Position numbers and translations under genes: made by a program
Notes under the pieces: generated by a model
The model's database searches: none
Told to the model about the DNA's origin: nothing
The model's input: only the letters and a program-made list of their open reading frames with translations
In this document: positions 12,754 through 22,977 of the stretch, piece by piece
Layout: every line of letters starts with the position of its first letter
Numbering within the stretch: the first letter of the stretch is position 1
Source: Octopus sinensis
Lineage: Eukaryota
Length of the DNA stretch: 27,562 bases
NCBI RefSeq assembly: GCF_006345805.1
Contig: NW_021834737.1
Span: 1-27,562, forward strand
Direction: 5' to 3'

Positions 12754-13440
12754 TATGTGCGAGTGTGTGCGTACGTGTGTGTGTGTGTGTTTGTATGTAT
12801 GAGTGTGTACGTTGATGTATGTTCGTAAAATGCATTCGTTTTCCTATGTAAGCGTGATTGATATATTTATACATGTCAGCGGTTTTAGTGATTAGAGCAT
12901 GTATGAGAGTGTGTTTGTTTGTTTGTTTGTGTGTCTGTGTGTCTGTGGTGAGGCGTGTGTCTGGATGTGTATGCGCGTGTGTATGTTTGTTTATGTGTGC
13001 GTGTGTTTGGGTATACATGGATCCGTATCAGTGAATCAACATCATCACTATCATCATCGTCATCATCATTATCAGCATCATTGTTATCGTCATCATCATC
13101 GTTGTTGTCGTCGTCAGTATCATCATCATCACCACCACCACCACCACCACCACCACCACCACCACCATCATCCTCATCATCATCATCATCATCATCAAAA
13201 ATACTTCAACACACACACAAATCGTAGACGCACATATATACACACCGCAACGTACATGCACACGAACATAAATACATTTCGCATACATACACCCAACCAT
13301 ACATTGGTGAATGTGTATCGATACGTGAGTATATAAATACTCACATATATATAAACACATACATATACGCATAAATACGCAGATACTTACCTACACACAC
13401 ACACACAAATACACACACATACATACATATATATACATAT
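12190..13440. repeat. Mixed (TG)n, (TA)n, (CA)n, (CAT)n and (CAC)n microsatellites
   Basis: Directly visible. Confidence 0.85.
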
Positions 13441-13860
13441 GTATTGCCTTCAGGCACTTTTTCCACAGCCAGCCCTATACTTAACTCGTCCTGTCGAAAG
13501 ACGCTTGTCCTGACGTCCTGGTTTTGTTATTAGTGTTTTTACGTATTTTGTATTCTTATTCGTGCTATCATTATTGTTTTTACGTATTTTTGTATTTTTT
13601 TTCGTGTAACATCGTCCGTTTTTCCGTCCCTGTGTTGTATACTTTCGAGGCTTTCTTCCAAGGAATCTAATGCGATTGGCTTAGATTTCCCTTGGTGGCT
13701 GCCCAGATCGGAGCAATCTCAAGATTAATCAGCCGAAATTGCGAAGATGATCTGGTTCTTGACTGATGACTGAGAGCTTCGAAAGTCCCGTCCGTGTTTT
13801 TAGTCGTCTTCTAAATGTTTCACGTTCTTGTCCCTGTTTGTGTATTTTTTTAACTTTTAC

Positions 13861-13908
<48 letters not shown>

Positions 13909-13978
13909 ATATATATACATATATATATACATCTATACATAGATACATAGATACATGCACACACACATACACATATGC

Positions 13979-14043
<65 letters not shown>

Positions 14044-14048
<5 letters not shown>

Positions 14049-14672
14049 CTGAGCAGATGTAAAGATCTTGAAATAGGAATTAGCAAATGTTGTACCTGAA
14101 GACTAAGATAATACCTGTTGTCATAGGTGCCCTAGGAATGATAGCAAAAGGGGCTGATTGCTACCAGATCAGATACAAAAACCCCAAAATGGCAGAATTC
14201 AAATGATAGTGCTCATGGGAACTGCTCATATCCTATGCAAAATACTTTCTATGTAATCTCAAGTTTTAAAACAAACTCATAATTTTCTTATGGTTTCTTA
14301 AACATTCCCTAGGACAACATTATTTACAAAACCAAATATATCATTTTGGCCGCCATGGGTTTTGCAGTAAATCACTAAATCATCCATAACTTTTGTATTA
14401 TCCTCTCAAATTACACCAAAATCTCAGACAATAACAAATAATATCGTATTTATTGCCTGTGATAATTATAGAATATAAAACAACTTTGATAAAAAAATTA
14501 TACCTACTTTTCTGACGAAAACAATGCCGTTCTGAACATTTTGGTCGCAACACTATGGTTGTGATGCCTGTTCCTGGTGCACCCTTATTAGACAGGTAGT
14601 CATGATGGGTATACTGGGTTTCGTATAATTTACCCCAGTGTCACTTTGATGGAATGCATTGCTCTCTCACTC
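14044..14672 (+). mobile_element. R4/Dong-type retrotransposon 3' fragment, copy A
   Basis: Near-identical to 14754-15385 but with frameshifting indels. Flanked by (AAT)n. Confidence 0.7.
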
Positions 14673-14748
<76 letters not shown>

Positions 14749-14753
14749 TAATT

Positions 14754-15385
14754 AAAAAACTGAGCAGATGTAAAGATCTTGAAATAGGAATTAGCAAAAT
14801 GTGGTACCTGAAGACTAAGATAATACCTGTTGTCATAGGTGCCCTAGGAATGATAGCAAAAGGGGCTGATTGCTACCAAGATCAGATACCAGAAAACCCC
14901 AAAATGGCAGAAATTCAAATGATAGTGCTCATGGGAACTGCTCATATCCTATGCAAAATACTTTCTATGTAATCTCAAGTTTTAAAACAAACTCATAATT
15001 TTCTTATGGTTTCTTAAACATTCCCTAGGACAACATTATTTACAAAACCAAATATATCATTTTGGCTGCCATGGGTTTTGCAAGTAAATCACTAAATCAT
15101 CCAAACTTTTGTCTTATCTTCAAATTACACCAAAATCTCAGACAATAACAAATAATATCGTATTTATTTCCTGTGATATTATAGAATATAAAACAACTTT
15201 GATAAAAAAAATTATAACACTACTTCTGACGAAAACAATGCCGTTCTGAACATTTGGTCGCAACACTATGGTTGTGATGCCTGTTCCTGGTGCACCCTTA
15301 TTAGACAGGTAGTCATGATGGGTATACTGGGTTTCGTATAATTTACCCCAGTGTCACTTTGATGGAATGCATTGCTCTCTCACTC
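14754..15385 (+). mobile_element. R4/Dong-type retrotransposon 3' fragment, copy B
   Basis: KLSRCKDLEIGISKMWYLKTKIIPVVIGALGMIAKG...IQMIVLMGTAHILCKILSM* (ORF 14646..14972), followed by a ~410-nt 3' UTR and (AAT)n. Confidence 0.75.
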
Positions 15386-15435
<50 letters not shown>

Positions 15436-15464
15436 CAATAATAATAATGATAATAATAATAATA

Positions 15465-15933
15465 AAATGGACTTGTTTATTAATTGACATGAGTATTCTC
15501 TGTGATCACAATATAGCGGCGAAAGAATTTGACAAGATTAGTAAATATAAAGACCTACTAATGGAAATTGAAAAAAATGTGGCATCTCAAGGCAACTACA
15601 GTACCAGTGATTGTAGGATCTCTAGGAATGATAAAAAAAGGTACTGAAACCTATTTGAAAATGATTCCAGGCTTACCATCCCTACAGGAAGTACAAAAAA
15701 TCGTATTACCTGGAACGGCTCATGTACTGAGAAGAGCACTATCGTTGTGAAAATAACATCAATCCATGAATTTATTTAGTTATTAATTTTTGAATACATA
15801 TTTTATCTGTGAATTTGCGCGTGTAATCTGGGAATGCATACAATGCCCTTCTCTGCCCTAGGTGTATGGAAAACACTCGGTGAGAAACGGGAGAAAATTT
15901 GAAGAAAGAAGGTTAAAACATGATATAAAATTA

Positions 15934-15934
<1 letters not shown>
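15465..15934 (+). mobile_element. R4/Dong-type retrotransposon 3' fragment, different subfamily
   Basis: CLLIDMSILCDHNIAAKEFDKISKYKDLLMEIEK, then a frameshift, then MWHLKATTVPVIVGSLGMIKKG...VQKIVLPGTAHVLRRALSL* (ORFs 15372..15647 and 15568..15750). (AAT)n lies on both sides. Confidence 0.75.
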
Positions 15935-15971
<37 letters not shown>

Positions 15972-15981
15972 TATAATAATA

Positions 15982-16029
<48 letters not shown>

Positions 16030-16082
16030 TAATAATAATATAATAATAATAATAATAGTATAATAATGATAATAATAATAAC

Positions 16083-16158
<76 letters not shown>

Positions 16159-16171
16159 TATAATAATAATA

Positions 16172-16228
<57 letters not shown>
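15935..16228. repeat. (AAT)n microsatellite
   Basis: Directly visible. Confidence 0.95.
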
Positions 16229-16230
<2 letters not shown>

Positions 16231-16309
16231 GTTTCAAATTTTCAAAAGAGTAATAATAAGCTTTATTTCTGGAATGAGATCAACAACATGGGCAGAACAA
16301 AATCAACCG

Positions 16310-16343
16310 CAGACACAACAACGACAACAACAACAGCAACAGC

Positions 16344-16381
<38 letters not shown>

Positions 16382-17720
16382 CGCCGACAACAACAACGCC
16401 GACAACAGCAAGAACAGCAACAACAACTGACATGGCCATAAAAAATCGATGTCGACCGCTTGAAACAACAACAAGAACAAGAACACTATCTGAAATCAAA
16501 GAACGAATTGTAAAAAAAAAAACATCCAAAAAACATAACAGAACTACAACAACAAAAAAAAAGTTTTACAGCAAACAACTGTGAGCATCATCATCATCAT
16601 CATCATCACTATCATCATCGTCGTCGTCGTCGTCATCAACATCAACACCACCACCACCGAAGCCACCGTCGCTGTCGCCGTTGTCATCCTCATCCTCCTC
16701 CTCATCATCATCATCATGAACATCCCGTTATCGTCATCATCATCATCATCATCGTCACTTTCATTGTCATTAATATCATCGTTATCATCATCATGTTTGT
16801 CATCGTCGAAATCATCATCATCACCACCCCTCACTACCCTCCTCCTCCTCCTCCTGATTATCATCATCATTGTCATCATCGTCGTCGGTAGTATCAATAA
16901 CAAGCCTAAAGAGAAAGCGCCAGGACCTCCCGCCCCTCTCCTCTTACCATTTCCAAGGACCAACTTCAAAGGTTAACTTCAAAGGTACAACGATCACATG
17001 GACAATAGCAGAGTTTTTTCCAACCACCACCACCACCACCACCACACTCAGCTCCACTACCATAACCACTACCAAAACCGGTACAACCACCACCACAATC
17101 AGCACCATCAGCACCACCGCCGCCACCATCACCACCACCACAACCAACACCACCACCACAACCACTACTATCACTACCACCACCACCATCACCGCCACAA
17201 TCACCACCACCAGCAGCGCCGCCACCGCCACCACCACCACCACCACTATCACCATCACCACCACCACCACCACCACCATCACCACCATCACCACCATCAC
17301 CACCACCACCACCACCACAATAAGCACCACCACCACCACAACCGGCGTCTCCACTCACACAACCTGCAGCAGCACACCACCACCGTCGTCGACACCATCA
17401 CCGCCACTAGCACCACCACTACATGTACCACCACAAGCACCACCAACAACAACAACAACTACAACAACAGCAGCAACAACACCATTAGGAACAATAACAA
17501 CACCAACACAACCACCACCACCAACATCAACAACAACACAACCACCACCACTACAATCATCACTATAATCACAACTACTACTACTACTACTACCACCGCC
17601 GCCTACACGTCCAGCCTTTCAGCACCGTCATCACCATCAATTTTATCTGTCATCATTATCGTCATCAGCACCTCACCACCACCACCGCCACCACCACCAC
17701 CACCCATTACAACTGCTTTC
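16310..17720. repeat. Cryptic triplet region, (AAC)n/(CAT)n/(ACC)n
   Basis: Directly visible. It yields overlapping homopolymeric ORFs on both strands. Confidence 0.85.
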
Positions 17721-18099
17721 CAACTCCACCATCAATCCCACTACCATTATCTTCGCCACCGCCATCAACTCTCTTGCTTCTTTGCGATTAGAATTTGAAT
17801 ATCCCTAGAGGAAGTTTTTATCTACTAATTACTTGGATAACCTCGAAGTTCGCTGTATTCCATATCTCCAACTCTACTGTTGCGCATTTAGTATGCAACA
17901 AGTTCCTCTCGTTTATTGACTCGAGGCCATATCATTGATAACTACAATGAGTGTCAACGTACTCTTTCGACAGACATACACACATACATAAAAAATATAC
18001 ACGCACAACGTACACACGCATATATATATATATATAAACACATGTATGCATATAAATACACGCACCCACACATACACGCACGCACACATATACTCTGTT

Positions 18100-18492
18100 A
18101 CTATTTTACTCTCTTACTTGTTTCAGTCATTTGATTGCGGCCATGCTGGAGCACCGCCTTTAGTCGAGCAAATCGACGCCGGGACTTATTCTTTGTAAGC
18201 CTAGTACTTATTCCATCGGTCTCTTTTGCCGAACCGCTAAGTTACGGCGACATAAACACACCAGCATCGGTTGTCAAGCGATGTTCGGGGAACAAACATA
18301 CACATACACACACACACACATCATATATACGACGGGTTTCTTTCAGTTTCCGTCTACCGAATCCACTCACAAGGCTTTGGTCGGCCCGAGGCTATGGTAG
18401 AAAACACTTGTCCAAGATGCCACGCAGTGGGACTGAACCCAGAACCATGTGGTTGGTAAGCAAGCTACTTACCACACCGCCACTCCTGCGCC
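18100..18492 (-). mobile_element. SINE family 1, full length
   Basis: Minus strand GGCGCAGGAGTGGCGGTGTGGTAAGTAGC...GGGTTCAGTCCC. Collinear with 2180-2596. Confidence 0.9.
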
Positions 18493-18976
18493 TTATTCCG
18501 TTAAGCTAAGATAAAACAAAAAATTACTCCATATGGTAAGAGATAAATATTGTTCCCTCTTTACAGTATGTAGTTATGAGCTACCAATAGTTTCAGGCAT
18601 GATGATATTATCTAGACATGTTTGAAACACGCCTAGTATCTTCAAGTAATCTTCAGGGGCTGGGCACGTGGCCTATAGAACAAGAGAAATCACGAGAAAA
18701 AAAAACCGAGATCGAAGAGTGTTCACAAAGTGGAATGGTGACAAAAACGTTAAAAAAAGAAAGGAAAATGGAAGAATTAGAGTTATGTCCCCTTTGACTG
18801 TAGAGTTGTTAGTCGAGATGGTGTAGAATCAACGGAAGAGGTCTAAAGTTCATATATATATACATGTACATATGCATGTACATATATATATATATATATA
18901 TACATGTATATATGTACATGTACATGTATATATGCACATGTATATATGTATGTATATAAATATATATATATATGTT

Positions 18977-19153
18977 TGTCTCTCTGTGTTTATCCTCTCA
19001 CCATCGCTTGACAACCCATATTAGTCTGTTTACGTCCCCGTAACTTAGCGGTTCACAAACGATATCGATAGAATAAGTACTAGGCTTACAAAGATTAAGT
19101 CCTCGGGTCGATTTCTCCGAGTAAAGCTGGTGCTCCAGCATGGCCGCAGTCAC
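18977..19153 (+). mobile_element. SINE family 1, 3' half
   Basis: CATCGCTTGACAACC...CCCCGTAACTTAGCGGTTC...GGTGCTCCAGCATGGCCGCAGTC. Confidence 0.8.
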
Positions 19154-19614
19154 CGAAAAAAATTGGAATCAACAAGAAGGTGTATGGCTGAACATTTATT
19201 TTCAATCACCATAATTGTCTCTGCGCAACGTATGTAGTGGTTTTGCCACCGTTTCCTCGTATTATGAGATCTAGTATTATGAGATCTTCGACTATATATA
19301 TATATATACACACGTAAAATATATATAGGGTAGTGAGCTTTTTAGAAATTTCACCACCAGTGGCCTAGCATGCATAAGTCAATCAATACAGCATATTCTC
19401 AATATAAAATAATGTACATTTAAACACAAGAGAAAACTGCCTTTAATAAGCAGTTTTTACACGATAGAAGAAGCAGTCAAAACGGCCCAAACCACATTTA
19501 AAAACAATCTTCAAAAAGAATGAAAAATAAAAAGTTTTACCTTGTTATTTTTATTTCGGTCAGTCTTAGGTTTCTAAATTTGTTAGCGAATATAATAATC
19601 TCCTAGGCGAATTT

Positions 19615-19925
19615 TCATCAGTGACCGCAACATAACACTAACATATATACACGTAAAATATATATAGGGTGGTGAGTTTATTTAGAAATTTCACTACCAG
19701 TAGCTTAACGTGTATAAAAAGTCAATGGACAATATATTCTCAATATAAAATAGTGTACATTTAAACACAAGAGAAAACTGCCTTCAACAGGGAGTTTTAC
19801 ACGCTAGAAGAAGTAGTCAAAACAACCAAAACCACATTTAAGAGCAATCTTTAAAAGGAATGAAAACTAAAAACTGTGTTAATCGTCTCTTAATTAAGTT
19901 AGTGTTATGGCGCGGTCACTGATGA
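19615..19925. mobile_element. MITE-like segment bounded by 28-bp inverted repeats
   Basis: TCATCAGTGACCGCAACATAACACTAAC (19615-19642) matches the reverse complement of 19898-19925 at 26/28. No target-site duplication is visible. Confidence 0.45.
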
Positions 19926-19938
19926 CGGAGGTAACAAT

Positions 19939-20290
19939 AACAAGAGCTCTCAGAAAGTGCAAACCTCCGCCAAGGCAACACCAACGTCCTCTCAATGATT
20001 AGCCAGACATGATTTTTATAATGAGAATATCCGAAGTAAACTTGATTGCTCTCACAAACAAGAATACTAAAAATGAACCTGACCACTCTCAAAAATAATT
20101 CAGAATCTTTGTCCGGTACCGGATCGATCCCAAAATCTAATCAGTTCTTGCCAGTCGCGAGGCCAAACATCCCTGAATGTTTCATCCGATTCCATGCAAC
20201 GATTTTTGAGATATCTTGTCCACGAACGAACAAACAAGCAAATACGACTGAAAAACAATACCTCCGCCTTCGCTAACGCAGAGGTAATTA
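19939..20290 (+). mobile_element. Putative non-autonomous Helentron-like (HINE/DINE-type) element
   Basis: 5' subterminal ACCTCCGCC (19963-19971) recurs as the left arm of a 3' hairpin, TACCTCCGCC...GAGGTA (20259-20286). Confidence 0.45.
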
Positions 20291-20946
20291 TTACAGGAAA
20301 ATTAGTAAATTAGTTGCAATTAATGAAGGTTTCGTTTCTTGGTTTATAAAAGAAATGGCAATAAATGGCTGTTATACGTCTTAAAATGGTTCCAAAGCGC
20401 TGGAGAAAATAAATTTGAAAACGTAATTATTTTAACACACTCTCATCGAAGAAAATGTAAAGCTATGGCTATGTCGATAAGTAGTTCGCCTAGGGATTTG
20501 ACTGATAAAAACTGAAAGAACCTCAGCTTATATAATATGTACTGCACTTCAAACAGTGTATTGTATATATTATATATATGTACACACACACACACACACA
20601 CTTATATATATATGTGCCTGTCCTTGTATGCATGCATACGCTTACATATATCTATCAATCTATGTATGTGTGCATATATGTATGTATGTATGTATGTATG
20701 TATATATATATATATATATATATAATAGAAATATTAAAATAACTAAGTCTCTCTAAAAGAGAACAGCGGCAGCGTTCCCGGAAAATAATAGTTATCGCCA
20801 TACTAATATGGCATTCTTATAAAAATAAGAAAAAAGCTGTCCGCTTATTAGCTCCATGAGGCCATCGCCTTAAGTTAGCTATTTGATACACAAACTGTAT
20901 CCATATAACCTTCGAACAAGGGAGGTCAGTCGCTCCACACTACTTG

Positions 20947-21004
20947 ACCGGCAGCTACAGACGCGTTTCGGGGTATTGCCCCTTTTCAATGCAGCGTAGC
21001 CAGC
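20947..21004 (-). ncRNA. Type I hammerhead ribozyme, U3-A8 variant, intact
   Basis: GCUGGC-UAC-GCUGCA-UUGAAAA-GGGG-CAAUA-CCCC-GAAA-CGCG-UC-UGUAGC-U-GCCGGU. Predicted cleavage between 20960 and 20959. Confidence 0.8.
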
Positions 21005-21203
21005 CAGTAGGTGTCGCTTCCGACAATCTCTGTTCGATGGTTTTATTTACCTAGTTTCGGTGGAATACATCCACTTGTTTTCAATAATAGAAATATTAAA
21101 ATAACTAAGTCTCTCTAAAAGAGAACAGCGGCAGCGTTCCCGGAAAATAATAGTTATCGCCAAACTAATATGGCATTCTTATAAAAATAAGAAAAAAGCT
21201 CCA

Positions 21204-21245
21204 TGAAAAGGGGCAATACCCCGAAACGCGTCTGTAGCTGCCGGT
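21204..21245 (+). ncRNA. 5'-truncated hammerhead at the inversion junction, probably inactive in cis
   Basis: Begins at UGAAAA and lacks U3 and the 5' strand of stem I. Stem II, GAAACGCGUC and the 3' strand of stem I are intact. Confidence 0.7.
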
Positions 21246-21546
21246 CAAGTAGTGTGGAGCGACTGACCTCCCTTGTTCGAAGGTTATATGGATACAGTTT
21301 GTGTATCAAATAGCTAACTTAAGGCGATGGCCTCATGGAGCTAATAAGCGGACAGCTTTTTTCTTATTTTTATAGAATGCCATATTAGTATGGCGATAAC
21401 TATTATTTTCCGGAACGCTGCCGCTGTTCTCTTTTAGAGAGACTTAGTTATTTTAATATTCTATTATTGAAAACAAGTGGATGTATTCCACCGAAACTAG
21501 GTAAATAAAACCATCGAACAGAGATTGTCGGAAGCGACACCTACTG

Positions 21547-21604
21547 GCTGGCTACGCTGCATTGAAAAGTGGCAATACCCCGAAACGCGTCTGTAGCTGC
21601 CGGT
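21547..21604 (+). ncRNA. Type I hammerhead ribozyme, U3-A8 variant, one stem II mismatch
   Basis: Same motif, with stem II GUGG/CCCC (T at 21570). Predicted cleavage after C21591. Confidence 0.75.
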
Positions 21605-21907
21605 CAAGTAGTGTGGAGCGACTGACCTCCCTTGTTCGAAGGTTATATGGATACAGTTTGTGTATCAAATAGCTAACTTAAGGCGATGGCCTCATGGAGC
21701 TAATAAGCGGACAGCTTTTTTCTTATTTTTATAAGAATGCCATATTAGTATGGGCGATAACTATTATTTTCCGGGAACGCTGCCGCTGTTCTCTTTTAGA
21801 GAGACTTAGTTATTTTTATATTTCTATTATTGAAAACAAGTGGATGTATTCCACCGAAACTAGGTAAATAAAACATCGAACAGAGATTGTCGGAAGCGAC
21901 ACTACTG

Positions 21908-21965
21908 GCTGGCTACGCTGCATTGAAAAGGGGCAATACCCCGAAACGCGTCTGTAGCTGCCGGT
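21908..21965 (+). ncRNA. Type I hammerhead ribozyme, U3-A8 variant, intact
   Basis: Stem I 21917-21922/21953-21958, core 21923-21929, stem II 21930-21942, GAAA 21943-21946. Predicted cleavage after C21952. Confidence 0.8.
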
Positions 21966-22151
21966 CAAGTAGTGTGGAGCGACTGACCTCCCCTGTTCGA
22001 AGGTTATATGGATACAGTTTGTGTATCAAATAGCTAACTTAAGGCGATGGCCTCATGGAGCTAATAAGCGGACAGCTTTTTCTTATTTTTATAAGAATGC
22101 CATGCCATATAGTATGGCGATAACTATTATATATATATATATCTGTCTGTT

Positions 22152-22195
<44 letters not shown>

Positions 22196-22348
22196 CCTGT
22201 CCTTGTGTATCTATATTGTTTATAAGACTATATGTATTTATATTACATTTATGAATTTACTTAATAGCTTTATGTGGGAGTTAACCCTGGAGTTAAACCA
22301 ATTAAAGCCTGGATCACTCCATTCTCCTTGGTGGTGATTATTTACTTA

Positions 22349-22660
22349 TTGGATCATCCCATAAATAATGCGGTTGTTTCAACTGCATGAACTAAAAGTC
22401 GGAGAGGGATGGGGCAAACTACCTGCATTAACTTGCTAGAAAAGCAGGTAGTAATTTTACCTTGTCCTTATTTGTAGTGCAAGGTTTGAAGAGTGCAATT
22501 CGATTTTAACAGTTATTTTTTCAAAACTATAATGGAAGTAACAAAAGAGAATATTCGGCATACTTTGCTTTATGAGTTCAGAAGGGCAACAGCGCAACGT
22601 AAAGTGCGATGAATATTAATGCCGTATATGGGGAACAGACAATAAGCGTAAGACATGTGT
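22349..22660 (+). mobile_element. Mariner-family DNA transposon 5' fragment
   Basis: From the ATG at 22532: MEVTKENIRHTLLYEF, then a frameshift, then KGNSAT*SAMNINAVYGEQTISVR, resembling the N-terminal helix-turn-helix of mariner transposases. TA at 22347-22348 precedes a candidate left TIR. Confidence 0.7.
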
Positions 22661-22752
22661 GTTACTACGTTACATGTACCACGTGTTTGCGTTGTTGTTT
22701 TTTCTTGTTCTTTTATCTTTGTTTTTCTTTTTTGACTTATTATATATATATA

Positions 22753-22909
22753 GACGAAGGAGCGGCTGTGTGGTAAGTAGCTTCCTTACCAATCACTTGG
22801 TCTCAAGTTCAGTCCCACTGCAGGGTACCTTGGACAAAGTGTCTTCTGCTATAGCCTCAAAGCCTTGTGAGTAGATTTGGTAGACGGAAACTGAAAGATA
22901 CCCGTCGTG
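22753..22909 (+). mobile_element. SINE family 1, 5' half
   Basis: GGCTGTGTGGTAAGTAGCTT...AGTTCAGTCCCACTGC...GGAAACTGAAAGA. It stops where the internal microsatellite normally begins. Confidence 0.8.
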
Positions 22910-22977
22910 ACCGCGTGTGTACCGTTGGCGATTTTTTTTCCTCCGTCTTCCCTCCTCTGGATCTTTCCTTTTCCTAT

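Larger units (their letters stand above)
20722..22130. mobile_element. Retrozyme-like array of a ~362-bp hammerhead-containing unit, tandem and inverted, inserted in (TA)n
   Basis: Unit 20722-21083 plus a partial copy to ~21206 in one orientation. Opposite-orientation copies at 21204-21467, 21468-21830 and 21831-22130. (TA)n on both flanks. Confidence 0.85.

Noticed and set aside
13763-13787. CUGAUGA...GAAAGUC motif
   Set aside because: No pairing for stem I or stem III, and stem II is marginal.
16870-17798. Thr-rich mucin-like and His-rich ORFs
   Set aside because: Decayed (ACC)n with changes at all codon positions and overlapping ORFs on both strands. No signal peptide or domain.
18100-19153. 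Inverted pair of family 1 SINE 3' halves as a dsRNA substrate
   Set aside because: Expected by chance at this SINE density, and the arms are short and diverged.
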